A stretch of 64,000 nt of DNA, taken from contig CBDCTK010000002.1 of the NCBI GenBank assembly GCA_965222225.1, positions 576,001 to 640,000 of the forward strand, read 5' to 3'. Made by a program: the position numbers and the translations under genes. This document shows positions 40,157-51,500 of this stretch, one piece after another (the stretch's first letter is position 1; every line of letters starts with the position of its first letter). This DNA comes from Candidatus Poribacteria bacterium. Lineage in GTDB: Bacteria; Poribacteria; WGA-4E; JAJDTR01. A model generated the notes under the pieces. That model had not been told where the DNA came from and ran no database searches. It saw only the letters and a list, made by a program, of their open reading frames with translations.

Positions 40157-41596
40157 CTAATATGCCCGCGCAAAAACCGCGATTTCCTTCGCCGATTCAC
40201 CGCATACGATGCACTTTCCGCCGCCGCCGGGTTGATCTAGTGGCATACAGCGAGTTGTCGCTTGTGTGTCGGCTTTGACCTGGTCCTCGCATGACGGGTT
40301 TCCACACCACCAAGCACGAGCAAAACCGGTGGTGACCGCCGCTTTAAGCTGATCGTAGTCCGTGGGTTCAGACGTATTCTCATTGCGAAAATTGATGGCG
40401 CGCTGCAGCAAGGCGCTTTGAATGGCGGTCAGTGTGTCGTTAACTGCTTCCGATACGCCTGCTAATGGTATGGACGACTTGCCTGCCCTGCCGGGCTGAT
40501 CCCGACGAGCAAGTACAACCTCCCCCTTTTCTACGTCTCGCGGTCCAATTTCGATTCGTAACGGCACCCCTTTTAGCTCCCACTCATTGAATTTCCAGCC
40601 GGGCGAATATTCATCGCGGTCGTCTACCTTCACGCGGGCATCCTCGCCAATCGCAGCGGTCATCTTCGCCACCGCTTCCATGACAGAACGTCTTTCGTCA
40701 TCTCTGTTTTTCTTCCATATCGGTATAATTACCACCTGAATTGGCGCTAACTGCGGGGGTAAAACAAGACCTTGGTCGTCACCGTGTGTCATTATAATCG
40801 CGCCGACCATACGAGTACTTACACCCCAGCTTGTAGTCCAGCAGTGTTGTAGTTCACTGTTTTCGTCCTGATATTGAATCTCAAAGGCTTTAGCAAAGTT
40901 CTGTCCGAGATTGTGAGAGGTTCCGGACTGTAGCGCGCGTCTATCTCCCATCATGGCTTCGATGCTGTAAGAGGCGTCCGCTCCGGGAAATTTCTCACTC
41001 TCGCTCTTGCGGCCGGGAATGACGGGGATTGCGGCATCGTTAACGGCAAAATCGGTATACACTTCCAGCATTCGCAATGTTTCCTCTTGGGCTTCCTCGG
41101 CGGTGGCGTGCGCGGTATGCCCCTCCTGCCAGAGAAACTCCATCGTGCGTAGAAAAAGGCGAGTGCGCAACTCCCATCTTACGACGTTTGCCCACTGGTT
41201 AATCAGTACCGGCAGGTCGCGATACGACTGAATCCACTGGCTATACATGTACCCGATGACCGTTTCAGAGGTAGGACGTACGACCAGTGGGTCCTCCAAT
41301 TTCTTGCCGCCTCCGTGTGTCACAACTGCCAACTCAGGTGCGAAACCTTCGATATGATCGGCCTCTTTCTCAATAAAACTCATCGGAACAAAAAGCGGAA
41401 AATAGGCGTTCTCATGCCCCGTTTCCTTGAAACGACGGTCAAGCCCCGCTTTCACGTTTTCCCAAAGTTCGTATCCATAAGGTCGAATAACCATGCAACC
41501 ACGCACAGGCGCATAGTCTGCCAGTTCCGCGCCCCGAATCACTTCAGTGTACCATTCGGAATAATCCTGACTGCGAGGGGTGATTTTTTGAAACAT
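40157..41596 (-). CDS. proS: Proline--tRNA ligase (archaeal/eukaryal-type)
   Basis: [33 protein letters not shown] motifs; C-terminal Zn site and FARAY end. Confidence 0.95.
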   Translation of the reverse strand: MFQKITPRSQDYSEWYTEVIRGAELADYAPVRGCMVIRPYGYELWENVKAGLDRRFKETGHENAYFPLFVPMSFIEKEADHIEGFAPELAVVTHGGGKKLEDPLVVRPTSETVIGYMYSQWIQSYRDLPVLINQWANVVRWELRTRLFLRTMEFLWQEGHTAHATAEEAQEETLRMLEVYTDFAVNDAAIPVIPGRKSESEKFPGADASYSIEAMMGDRRALQSGTSHNLGQNFAKAFEIQYQDENSELQHCWTTSWGVSTRMVGAIIMTHGDDQGLVLPPQLAPIQVVIIPIWKKNRDDERRSVMEAVAKMTAAIGEDARVKVDDRDEYSPGWKFNEWELKGVPLRIEIGPRDVEKGEVVLARRDQPGRAGKSSIPLAGVSEAVNDTLTAIQSALLQRAINFRNENTSEPTDYDQLKAAVTTGFARAWWCGNPSCEDQVKADTQATTRCMPLDQPGGGGKCIVCGESAKEIAVFARAY

Positions 41597-41655
41597 GTAC
41601 GCAAATCCTCCTTGTTTTTGCCTTTTCAGTTTCCAAAATTCAAAGTACGTAAATC

Positions 41656-42840
41656 TTATTTATTTGTCAATGCAGCGATTCCGGGCAATGTTTTTCCTTC
41701 AAGAAATTCTAATGACGCGCCGCCTCCGGTGGAGATATGTGTTATCCGATCAGCAACGCCAGCTATTTGCACTGCGGCGACACAGTCGCCGCCACCGATG
41801 ATACTAACCGCGTCAGAGTCAGCGAGTCGTTTGGCAATTTCGATTGTGCCATTCGCAAATTTTTCAAATTCGTAGATACCCAATGGACCGTTCCAGACGA
41901 TGGTTTTTGCCTCATCGACAATCGTGCCGAAAGTCTCAACCGACTTGGGGCCGATGTCCAAACCTCTCCAACCATCAGGTATCTCCGCGCGTCCGACAAT
42001 TTTTGATTCTGTACAGGGATTAAATTCTCTACCGATGACATGGTCTTCCGGCAAGTAAATATCCAGCTTTCGATCTACTGCTTTCTTGAGTAATTCGCTC
42101 GCCAACTCCAATTTGTCCAGCTCCACAATCGAGCCACCGATTTGTAACCCCATGGCTTTAAGAAAAGTATACGCCATACCGCCACCAATAAGCAGTGCAT
42201 CAACCTTTTCAATTAGGTTCTCAATCACTCCGATTTTATCCGAGATTTTCGCGCCGCCAAGTATTGCAATAAATGGGAGCTCCGGTCTCTCGACCACCTT
42301 GCTAAGGTATTTAATCTCTCTTTCCATCAGTAGCCCCGCAGCACACTGATCGAAATAGTGTGTAACCCCTTCGGTTGAAGCATGGGCGCGATGCGCGGTG
42401 CCAAAAGCGTCATTCACATAAATGTCCCCCAGCGCAGCCAGTGTACGCGCAAACTCTGCGTCATTTTGCGTTTCCTCTTTGTAGAAGCGAACATTCTCAA
42501 GTAGCAGTACGTCGCCCTCTTGAAGTTCGTTAATTGTGTTTTCAACTTCGGCTCCGATGCAGTCTTTGGTGTGTCGCACTCGCTGTCCCATTAGTTTACT
42601 CAATTCTAAGGCGAGCGGTTCAGTGGAAAACCCCGATTCCAAGCCCTTGGGGCGCCCCAGATGGGTCACTAGCACTATTCTGGCGCCGTCACGAATGAGT
42701 TGTAAAATTGTAGGCAGAGCGGCTCGAATCCGAGTGTTGTCAGTGATACGACCATCTTCCATCGGTACATTGAAATCAATGCGCACCATCACGCGCCTAC
42801 CTCGTACGCTTATATCATTCAGTCCAAGTGTTTCCGTCAT
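41656..42840 (-). CDS. pgk: Phosphoglycerate kinase
   Basis: RIDFNVP, HLGRP, LLENVRF, DAFGTAHRAHAS and STGGGASLEFLEG motifs. Confidence 0.97.
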   Translation of the reverse strand: MTETLGLNDISVRGRRVMVRIDFNVPMEDGRITDNTRIRAALPTILQLIRDGARIVLVTHLGRPKGLESGFSTEPLALELSKLMGQRVRHTKDCIGAEVENTINELQEGDVLLLENVRFYKEETQNDAEFARTLAALGDIYVNDAFGTAHRAHASTEGVTHYFDQCAAGLLMEREIKYLSKVVERPELPFIAILGGAKISDKIGVIENLIEKVDALLIGGGMAYTFLKAMGLQIGGSIVELDKLELASELLKKAVDRKLDIYLPEDHVIGREFNPCTESKIVGRAEIPDGWRGLDIGPKSVETFGTIVDEAKTIVWNGPLGIYEFEKFANGTIEIAKRLADSDAVSIIGGGDCVAAVQIAGVADRITHISTGGGASLEFLEGKTLPGIAALTNK

Positions 42841-42997
42841 TTATCAAGTCCTCGTAGCATCGCTTTACCGATTTATGCGTGTTTAAGCCTTTTGAGATTT
42901 TTATCGCTTTCTCTCGCGTTGTCTTGGTGTGACACGCTGTGGAGGAATTTGAGTTTTTCCGAAACAACTCTATTTCTTTTTGTTTGCAGAACCTCAA

Positions 42998-44233
42998 TTA
43001 CATCGGCTCCACGACAATTCCCATGAATAGCATTGTCTGTGTTCTATCGTCGTGAATGGCGAAAAAGAAGGGGCGGTCTACTCGGAAGGCGGGAGGCAGA
43101 GACTTGACTCCAACAACAGCGGTCACCGCTGCTGCTTCGGTTCCCTCCTCGTTTACTTCTATGATAGTTTTGTGCCGCACCTCGCTGATAAACAGTTGCG
43201 TGCCCATGCCGCTAAAATCTGCGCCGTTGCCAAAAGCAATCCCCATCCCCAGTGCCGTGAGTGCATCGTTGAGTTTAACTTCGTACTCCAATTCAAAACG
43301 CGGAAGTATCATCTCGCTGTCGTCCGTCGTCTCCTGAAATTGGGACATCCAGCTAAACCAATTTTGCGCGCTCAACTGCTCAATGAAATCATTTAGGTTA
43401 GAATCACGATTGGGCAGGAAGACATACATGCTCACTTTGCCATCGCCATACGTTAGCCTGGCGGCTTCGAAATTCTCACCTCGAAAAAGTGGATATGCCC
43501 CCTTTCGATACATCATCGGTACACGCTTCTCACTTCCATTCGATAGATAGAAAATTCCATCGCGGGTGGCAGATTTATCAAACTCTTTTTGCCAACTCCC
43601 CTTGAAGTAGATGGCGTTAACCAGAAAAATCAGTGTTCCCGGGTCAATTCGTTGGACAATCTGTTTGATTTTGCCGTTCGTGTTTGTTTCTACCCAGCCG
43701 TTTATGACTTTCAGAGCCTGTGGGTCATTAAAGTTAAGCGACCCAATTTCCGCTTCAAAAAATTCAAGGTTTCGATCGAGAAAACTCGGATTGAATTCAA
43801 TGCCTTGGCGTGACCAGACTGAATTTGCAATCGCGATTTCGACTTCTGGGTCGGTGTTTTCCAAGCTGTTTCGTAGCGCCGCGTTGGAGCGATTTACGGT
43901 GTTAAGTCCCAAATTCTCTATTTCTAACACTTCTGCCATAGCGCGCTGCGTTTCCCCAGCGGCTCCGTTGTAAGTCATCGTCAGCGCAATTGATATGCTT
44001 AGTGGAGAAATCATGATATTTGCATCGGGTTGTCGTTCCTGCAAATCCATAAGCAACTTGAACCCAAATACAGTGTTGGCTGAAGCAACGCTTGAAAAAG
44101 ACGCATCGCCAATGAAGTCCAATACATCACCGATAGCATCTGTTGGCGAATCTCCGTGAGAACATCCAAATAAACACAGCAGGGCAGTGCTCAAATATCC
44201 AATGCGGATTAGCCGACTCGGAAGTCTTTTCAT
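42998..44233 (-). CDS. Serpin (serine protease inhibitor), lipoprotein
   Basis: Lipobox LFGC; NIMISPLSI, NAIYFKGSW, LPRFEL, EEGTEAAAVT hinge and DRPFFF..LFMG motifs. Confidence 0.93.
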   Translation of the reverse strand: MKRLPSRLIRIGYLSTALLCLFGCSHGDSPTDAIGDVLDFIGDASFSSVASANTVFGFKLLMDLQERQPDANIMISPLSISIALTMTYNGAAGETQRAMAEVLEIENLGLNTVNRSNAALRNSLENTDPEVEIAIANSVWSRQGIEFNPSFLDRNLEFFEAEIGSLNFNDPQALKVINGWVETNTNGKIKQIVQRIDPGTLIFLVNAIYFKGSWQKEFDKSATRDGIFYLSNGSEKRVPMMYRKGAYPLFRGENFEAARLTYGDGKVSMYVFLPNRDSNLNDFIEQLSAQNWFSWMSQFQETTDDSEMILPRFELEYEVKLNDALTALGMGIAFGNGADFSGMGTQLFISEVRHKTIIEVNEEGTEAAAVTAVVGVKSLPPAFRVDRPFFFAIHDDRTQTMLFMGIVVEPM

Positions 44234-44234
44234 C

Positions 44235-45410
44235 TCACCCACCTTGCGCTGCTACGACAGCTTTGTGTGCCGCTTCTGCGAGCCCGTCAGCCGCGATCAA
44301 ATTCAGACCGGAAACCGTGAGAAGCTGCTTTCCAATTTCGACGTTTGTACCTTCAAGGCGCACGATGAGCGGTACTTCAAGTGCTTCCTGCTTGACAGCC
44401 TCAATGATGCCGTTAGCGATTACGTCACATTTCATTATGCCGCCAAAGATATTCACCAACACCGCTTTCACCTTTTTGTCGGCAAGGATAAGGCGGAAAG
44501 CGTGTGCGACGGTATCGGTCGTTGCGCTACCCCCAACATCAAGGAAATTCGCAGGATCGCCGCCGTGCAGCTTAATCAGATCCATCGTCGCCATGGCGAG
44601 ACCGGCGCCGTTCACCATGCATCCGATATTACCGTCGAGGCTGATGTAACTCAAACCCGATTCACTCGCCTCCAACTCGCGAGCATCTTCCTCGTTCGGA
44701 TCGCGCATGGATTCAATGTCCGGTTGCCGCCAGAGCGCATTGTCATCGAAATTGAGTTTGGCATCAAGCGCCACAATATCCTGTCCATTATCCGTTTTTG
44801 TTATAGCGAGCGGGTTGATTTCCACAAGCGAGCAGTCGCAATGGATGAAAGTGGTGTACAGTGCGGACATCAATGAACCAGCTTTCGGTACGAGATCTTT
44901 GAGGATGGCAAGATTGTAAGCCAGCCTCCGCGCTTGGAAGGGGCGCAACCCAACTGTCGGATCTATCATCTCCTTGAAAATCTTTTCGGGGCGCGCTGAA
45001 GCAACTTCTTCAATGTTAACCCCACCTTCGTCACTACCCATCAACACGATGCGTGAAGTCGTGCGATCAAGCACCATGCCGAGATAAAACTCATCGACAA
45101 TCTCGCTCGCTTCGGCTACCAAGACTTTCTTTACAAGTTTTCCCTGCGGGCCAGTTTGATGCGTTACGAGATGCATCCCCAAAATAGCATCGGCGTGCGC
45201 CTCGACCTCTTCAGGGCTTTTCGCCAATTTCACTCCTCCACCTTTTCCGCGTCCACCGGCATGGATTTGTGCTTTCACAATATAGGTCGAGCAATCAAGT
45301 TTTCTAGCGATTGCTTCCGCTTCAACCGAGGTTGACGCTACGTCTCCGTTTGGAACATTGACACCGTGGGCTTTCAAGATTTCTCTTGCTTGGTACTCAT
45401 GTATGTTCAT
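44235..45410 (-). CDS. sucC: Succinyl-CoA synthetase beta subunit
   Basis: [33 protein letters not shown] and NIFGGI motifs. Confidence 0.97.
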   Translation of the reverse strand: MNIHEYQAREILKAHGVNVPNGDVASTSVEAEAIARKLDCSTYIVKAQIHAGGRGKGGGVKLAKSPEEVEAHADAILGMHLVTHQTGPQGKLVKKVLVAEASEIVDEFYLGMVLDRTTSRIVLMGSDEGGVNIEEVASARPEKIFKEMIDPTVGLRPFQARRLAYNLAILKDLVPKAGSLMSALYTTFIHCDCSLVEINPLAITKTDNGQDIVALDAKLNFDDNALWRQPDIESMRDPNEEDARELEASESGLSYISLDGNIGCMVNGAGLAMATMDLIKLHGGDPANFLDVGGSATTDTVAHAFRLILADKKVKAVLVNIFGGIMKCDVIANGIIEAVKQEALEVPLIVRLEGTNVEIGKQLLTVSGLNLIAADGLAEAAHKAVVAAQGG

Positions 45411-45616
45411 TTATTGCCTCTACTTTTAGCAAAAGTGTTTCCATCTGCAATTACGAGGGCCCGATACGATTCAGTCTAGCATGGAGTAGCTTTACAAAAT
45501 CTGAGATCTCACCCGAAAGATCCTGAGAATGTTAGCCTATGGGTAGACCAATAGTTTTCTCTTGCCAATAGAGAAAGAGGAACTCCGGTCCGGTAGTGCT
45601 CTGTTTTGATGAACCT

Positions 45617-45642
45617 GTCGCGATTCGGAGATCGCTCCTACA
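45617..45642. repeat. GTAG-type REP unit
   Basis: Minus strand TGTAGGAGCGATCTCCGAATCGCGAC (GTAG tetranucleotide plus a GCGAT/ATCGC palindrome). Confidence 0.5.
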
Positions 45643-45758
45643 GTAAATCTTCGAACCGACATTCTTGGTTATCTCTAAGCACTTTTTGACAAATCTATTC
45701 GTATGCGAATTTCTCAAATCCCTAAATCGAGGTGCACCGACATCGTACGTTTAGGGTA

Positions 45759-46736
45759 CTAAATCGTTGAAATTTCCTTTGCCCATTCTCTGTTGGCTTG
45801 GTACCAATCTACCAGCGCCGAAAAACCATCCCGAAATGTGGAATGCGGGCGCCATCCCAAGAGTTGCTCTGCCCGTCCGATGTCTGCCCAGGTTGCACGT
45901 ACATCTGCAGGATGGAACGGTTTATAATAAATATTGGCTTTTTCCCCTGTCAACTCCTCCACCAAATGAATCATGTCCATCAACACTACAGGAGAATCCG
46001 ATCCCAGATTAATGACTTCATAGCCTAGCGGCTTAAGCCCGGCAATCGTTCCGCGGGCAACGTCGTCAACATAAGTGAAGTCGCGCGATTGTCCTCCGTC
46101 TCCATATACCACCACCGGGCGACCTTCGCTTATCCATTGGACAAATCGGAACGGGCTCATATCCGGTCTTCCGGCGGGACCGTAGACGGTGAAAAAACGA
46201 AACACTGTTACATCTATACCGTGCAGGTGGTGATAGGTGTAACAGAGGGTTTCCGCTCCCTTTTTTGACGCTGCATAAGGAGAAATGGGCGAATTTGTGT
46301 TAGCATCTTCCCGGAATGGTTGAGGATTGTTTTCACCGTACAGGCTGGATGTCGATGCCAGTACAAATTTCTTGACCTCCGTCTCCCGGCATAACTCAAG
46401 CAGATTCAGCGTGCCAGTGACATTTGTTTCATAATATACCCACGGGTTTTCGACAGAGTAGCGGACACCGGCGCGGGCGGCTAGATTGATAACCGCGTCA
46501 GGAGTGTTTGCGTTAAACACCTCGCGTAATGCAGTTTGATTGCAAATGTCCAACTCATGGAACTGAAAACCGAATTCCTTCTCAAGTTGTTGAAGCCGCC
46601 ATCTTTTCAATCGCACGTCATAAGCATCGTTAAGATTATCAACACCGACCACCGTGTGACCATCCTTGAGCAGTAACTCGGTGACTTTGCCTCCGATAAA
46701 TCCGATGCAGCCAGTAACGAAATATACCATGAACAA
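45759..46736 (-). CDS. NAD-dependent epimerase/dehydratase (UDP-glucuronate 4-epimerase-like)
   Basis: TGCIGFIG, LAARAGVRYS, YAASKK, RFFTVYGP.GRPDM and RDFTYVDD motifs. Confidence 0.88.
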   Translation of the reverse strand: MFMVYFVTGCIGFIGGKVTELLLKDGHTVVGVDNLNDAYDVRLKRWRLQQLEKEFGFQFHELDICNQTALREVFNANTPDAVINLAARAGVRYSVENPWVYYETNVTGTLNLLELCRETEVKKFVLASTSSLYGENNPQPFREDANTNSPISPYAASKKGAETLCYTYHHLHGIDVTVFRFFTVYGPAGRPDMSPFRFVQWISEGRPVVVYGDGGQSRDFTYVDDVARGTIAGLKPLGYEVINLGSDSPVVLMDMIHLVEELTGEKANIYYKPFHPADVRATWADIGRAEQLLGWRPHSTFRDGFSALVDWYQANREWAKEISTI

Positions 46737-46850
46737 TTTACCAGTTCAGCTTTACACCATATTGAATATTAAATGTACCATGAATTCGACTGAGCATTGC
46801 CCACACGTTGACCGACGTATTGACCGTTCCTGTAGGAAACAAGACGTTAC

Positions 46851-47396
46851 TCATTCAGGCAAGTTCTCTTTAGCCGAAAGTTTTATCTCGCTGATTGCCG
46901 TTTTGAGCATCTCGTAGGTCTTCTCGCCAAAGTCTGACTTGGCATGGAAAACGATGGAACCATTGGGAGCGATTAGATAAAGATTCGGTTTCTTTTTGTC
47001 AGTGTGATAAGTTTTATGTAGTTCGCCTTTCCAGTCGAGCAGTAACGCCACCGGCGGCTTATTTTTCTTGAGTAGTCTCTTGATAAACCCCTTGGGCACA
47101 AATCCGGGGACGCTCCGCATGTCTGCAATGATATAAGCTATAATCCCTTCGCGGTTGCCATAGTCTTTCTGAAATGCCTCGCCCCATTTATCGTCTTCCT
47201 TCCGAATTTTTCTGTTGCCCAGGATCAGAAATACAATCTTTCCGCGCAATTTCTCTAAGGAATGGGTTTGGTCGTCGGCATCTTTCAAGGTGAAGTCAGG
47301 CGCTTTGTCACCAACCGTCGGAGGAGCAACCTCGTTTGAGGCGTGAGCGTTACATGCCAAAAGAACAATCGCCAGTAAGTATATGCCGAACCGCAT
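46851..47396 (-). CDS. Exported redoxin-like (thioredoxin-fold) protein lacking CxxC
   Basis: Signal peptide; VGDKAPDFTLKD...GKIVFL; PNLYLIAPNG. Confidence 0.7.
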   Translation of the reverse strand: MRFGIYLLAIVLLACNAHASNEVAPPTVGDKAPDFTLKDADDQTHSLEKLRGKIVFLILGNRKIRKEDDKWGEAFQKDYGNREGIIAYIIADMRSVPGFVPKGFIKRLLKKNKPPVALLLDWKGELHKTYHTDKKKPNLYLIAPNGSIVFHAKSDFGEKTYEMLKTAISEIKLSAKENLPE

Positions 47397-47427
47397 CGCG
47401 CAACTCGCCCCTATCCCAATCATAAGG

Positions 47428-48447
47428 TTAATTTGAGTCAAACAAACTGGGCCACATCCGTCCAAGCAGAAGATGGTTCGCAGTGGTAATTAAACGGACG
47501 GGACCAAATTTGGTTTTAGTCAAGATTTCGCCGTTGGGCAACTCTGCGTCATAAGAAAAAGGATCGTCATTCAATGCGGACACGGCTGCTTTTAACGCTT
47601 CCAGCCCGCGTTCATAGGGCATCAAATCGACTTCGGCATCGTGCTGTTTTAGGATAATCTGACGACATGCTTTCTCTCCAGTGCCCACGCCAACGGTAAC
47701 AATCTGGTCCGCAAGTCCATGTAATTGTACCCCTTGAACCCCTCCTAAAGCAAGAGTACTATCTACCGCAATGACGGCTTGGATGTTGCCGGCGTAATTT
47801 TTCAGCATTCGACCAGTGACATCGAAAGCGGCGTTTGCCTCAAGGGCTGAAGTCCGGGAAATAACTTGGATTTTACCCTCATATTGGTCTAAGACACGAT
47901 GAACACCGATAGCGATTCTCCGCATGGATTCGATTTTAATGGGAGCTTCCAAAACCAAGACATTGCCCTTATATCCGATTTGCTCTAGTGCAAACTGCGC
48001 GGCTTTTTCCCCGAGACGGGTTTCATTGACTGTTACGTGCCCATGGACTGGCATACTGACAAGCATCTGGTCCAAAGATATCACAGGCACGTCCCAACGA
48101 CGTGCTTCTCTGAGAATTGGGTACGCGGCTTTCGCATCGACAGATTTGATAATCAGCGCCTGAATTTTCGATTCCAACATCCGCTGAACCCCCTGTCTTT
48201 CGGTTAAAACAGCATCATGGGTTGGCCCCTTGTCCAATACCCCGTTCCATGTGATTTTGACGCCATACTCTTTTTCGTGTTCCAGCATCGCCTGTTTCAT
48301 TAGCGTGTAAACGGGAGCCGTTGTCTGCGGCACGCTTACCCCGATGCTGATAACTGGCGATTGATCGCTACACCCAATTAGCAGGGCTATTAGGAGTAAC
48401 GACACCCTGTGCACTAGATTTGGCCCCCACACTACGAACATCTTCAT
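47428..48447 (-). CDS. Sugar ABC transporter periplasmic-binding lipoprotein (RbsB-like)
   Basis: Lipobox LIGC; periplasmic binding protein type 1 pattern (ALII, VPVISLD, G.GNVLVL). Start position uncertain. Confidence 0.75.
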   Translation of the reverse strand: MKMFVVWGPNLVHRVSLLLIALLIGCSDQSPVISIGVSVPQTTAPVYTLMKQAMLEHEKEYGVKITWNGVLDKGPTHDAVLTERQGVQRMLESKIQALIIKSVDAKAAYPILREARRWDVPVISLDQMLVSMPVHGHVTVNETRLGEKAAQFALEQIGYKGNVLVLEAPIKIESMRRIAIGVHRVLDQYEGKIQVISRTSALEANAAFDVTGRMLKNYAGNIQAVIAVDSTLALGGVQGVQLHGLADQIVTVGVGTGEKACRQIILKQHDAEVDLMPYERGLEALKAAVSALNDDPFSYDAELPNGEILTKTKFGPVRLITTANHLLLGRMWPSLFDSN

Positions 48448-48514
48448 ACTGTTGGTCTGCAAGTACATTCCATCTATGTGCTTGGTTCGCCTATATTCCG
48501 ACAATCGACCGAAC

Positions 48515-51500
48515 TCATCGAAAAATCTCATCAAGACGCCAAACGAGTTTAAGTGCCTGCGACCACCCGGCTTTGGCAAAAATATCCAACAAGTTCAACA
48601 GGTCTTCCAAGGCTTGTCCTTCGCGCACTTCGCTACGGTGGTCCGCAAGTATTCTTTCCACAAATGTTACGACATCCTCAACGGCAAGGGAATCAAGACT
48701 ATAACCGGACGGCTCGCTTGACCTCGCTACGCGCTCGGCAAAATGCAAAACCTCCTTCGGATTGCAGCTAAGAAACTTGGTTAGAAGTTGCATGAAATGA
48801 TATGCTGTCGGTGCGAACATAACGCCTCTTTCCCTGTCTAATGCGAAATCAAGCACTTGTTCCATCAGTGGCTTGACTGTATTGTAGTAGCGACAGCACA
48901 ATTCTGGGTACATTCCTTCTGTTGACCTCTCAGACTCATCGTTTTCATCTGTAACCGCCAAATAAAGGCGCATAACAACCGTGTCAATTACTCCGTAGGT
49001 GTCGTGCAACTTTTTCTCTGTTTCTTCAGTCCTATGCTCCTCAAGTGTGGTGTACAGTTCTTCAATAGCTTCAGAAACCACGCCAATCACTTGTTCTAAA
49101 AATGGAATCGCTCGTTCTAACGTTTCAAGTCCCTCAGCCGTCCCAAGATTTTTCAGGCTGACATTGTCTTTCATGACCCGAAACACGGCATGATTCAAGG
49201 CGTTGGGAAACCCGATTGGGTTTTTGAGGAACTTGTCTTCGATTGTCTGTAATGCCCACGGGTTTTCACGGCTGATTGCGAGCCACATCAACAAATCAAT
49301 GAACGAGTCAGATGGTTCGACCTGCTCTGCATGTTGCAATGTGAATTTCAGCATCTCGTCCATGGCGTGCACAGTTCTGTCTTCATTCTTTTTTCCTCCT
49401 CCGACGACCTGGGCTAATGTGGTGCAGATAAATCCTTGCACGGCGGGGTTGGTTTCATGCATGGCCCTGTAGTGGACAATCTGCCAGAATCTGTCTGGGG
49501 TTTTGTAATAAATCATGAACAACCCCATTGCTGTTTCCACCCGTACCGATGGCACTGAATCATTTGCGAGTAACTCAATGGCATCTAATATTTCAGGGTC
49601 GGATTGACGAGTTGAGAGCCTTAGAAGTCCCTCGGCGGCTTTATGTCGGGGAAATGTTGAATATGCCGAAAAATCAGACTGGATGTCGTGCTCGGAACTT
49701 GGTTTCGGCAATTCATGCCTTGCACCGTCTAGAAGCACTTCACGACAAAAATCGAACAAATGACTACCATGATCGCCCGCAACGCGCCCCAGAATTGCTG
49801 CGCAAGCGGTCAGATAATAACAGAGCTGATCGATTACCTCTTTGTCAGCTTCCGTATCGCCCTTTATGGCGGTGTATGCCTCCTGCGATATTGGAAAAAT
49901 GAAGTTGGTAGCTTCGGTGGTTGGTGGCTCATTCAACCAATCCGAACGGAATTTTTCAAGAGGCGCGAAAAAGGATTGCAGTTCTCGATTTTCCGGCGTG
50001 GTAGTGTCTACACCTTGGTCTTGAAGCCGCTCCTCTTCCGTATAGTCGGACCACGTGACGGGACCGAAAGTCACCAGTGGTCGATTTTCCGGCACACTGT
50101 TTTTGCGCTCCATTTCGTCTCGGATTTTTCTTGCCTCCGGTGTAAGTAGCAAATTCGGAGGAATTTGTGCGAGAAGGAGATTTCTTCGAACTTCAAGAGA
50201 TTCGCGGTCTTCTTTGTCTTCAGCACGAAGGTTCAGAATGGTTTCCTCAATTTGAAGACGCTGCCCTGGGGTAAACTCAGACGAAACGGCATGCAAAAAG
50301 AGACCAAGTTCATAGAGTACATCGTGACCCATCAATATCGGTTTCGCAGTGCAAAGTTCAAACAGGTGCGGCGCGAAAACCTTGGGAAACCGTGTCGCAG
50401 TCTTTAAGAGCCGTCTCCAAAAGAAGGCAAACCACACCTCATCACGGAAAACATCAAGCAGTGAATCGAGAAGCGAATGTTCGGATTCCGACAGTCCCGC
50501 GATGAATTCAAACAGTGTGTCCGCCATTGTCATTGGTCGATTGCGGTGCTGTCTGTCATCTCCTATATAACTGTTGTCTTCCACAAAGTAGGCCAATTGT
50601 CCACGAAACTTGAACCTCTTTGTTGGATCCTCGCGCCATGCCCCTTGTCGTAGGTGTCCATAGATATTGGTGCGACCGATGATAAGGTTCTGGTACTGGA
50701 TTGCTGTCCGAGCTGCGACTAATGGTGCTGATTGTAGGAATTTCGGGAAATGTTTTAACAATCGATTGCAGCAATTACTGTAATCTTGGCGCCGAGTGCT
50801 TATTATGGGTAAGACGGGCCCGCTAATTAACCTTGTCGTCTCGCCGCTGGGCTCATCGCTGGACTCGTTGTGGTTAAAGACCGCGAGATAAATCTGTTTG
50901 ACAAAGTGAGGATCGTGAGGCCAGATTTTGTCAACGTGTCGTGTCAATTCCATCATGAAATTCAGCGGGAAGTTATCCTCCTGCATTAGTTCAAGGACGT
51001 TTTCAAGAAGCGTCCGCGATTCTTCTACATTTGTTTCATACGTTTTAGCAACCAATGGTACAGCCTGATAACTCCCAAGACGATTATACCAACTATTGAC
51101 AGTCGCTTCCCTCTCCCGCCATATCCATACGAGTAGCCGCCGGCCAATCTGTCCGCAAGTATTAATCACCGTTGTGTTGTCGGTGTCTCGCGCTCGCTCA
51201 AAAATATCGGAGGTAAGGGTCGCCAAGTCCCAAACAAAATCTGCGTGCAGGTATGACGACGCTTTATCAAAGAAATCAATCCAGAGAGGATCTCGCTTGA
51301 TTTCTAATGCACGAACTGATTGCAGAAGCCACATCGTTTCCTCATTTGCGATTTCTTCTCCCCGCTCCAATTTATCCAAAAGCGGTGTTAATTGCCCAAT
51401 TCTGCGCCCTTCATTTGCGATAACGCTTGTGGGAATCAGGCGCGCGACAAGGCGCAAATGTACGGATTGATTGCTTGGGAAAACGTGCCAGAAAGCCTTC

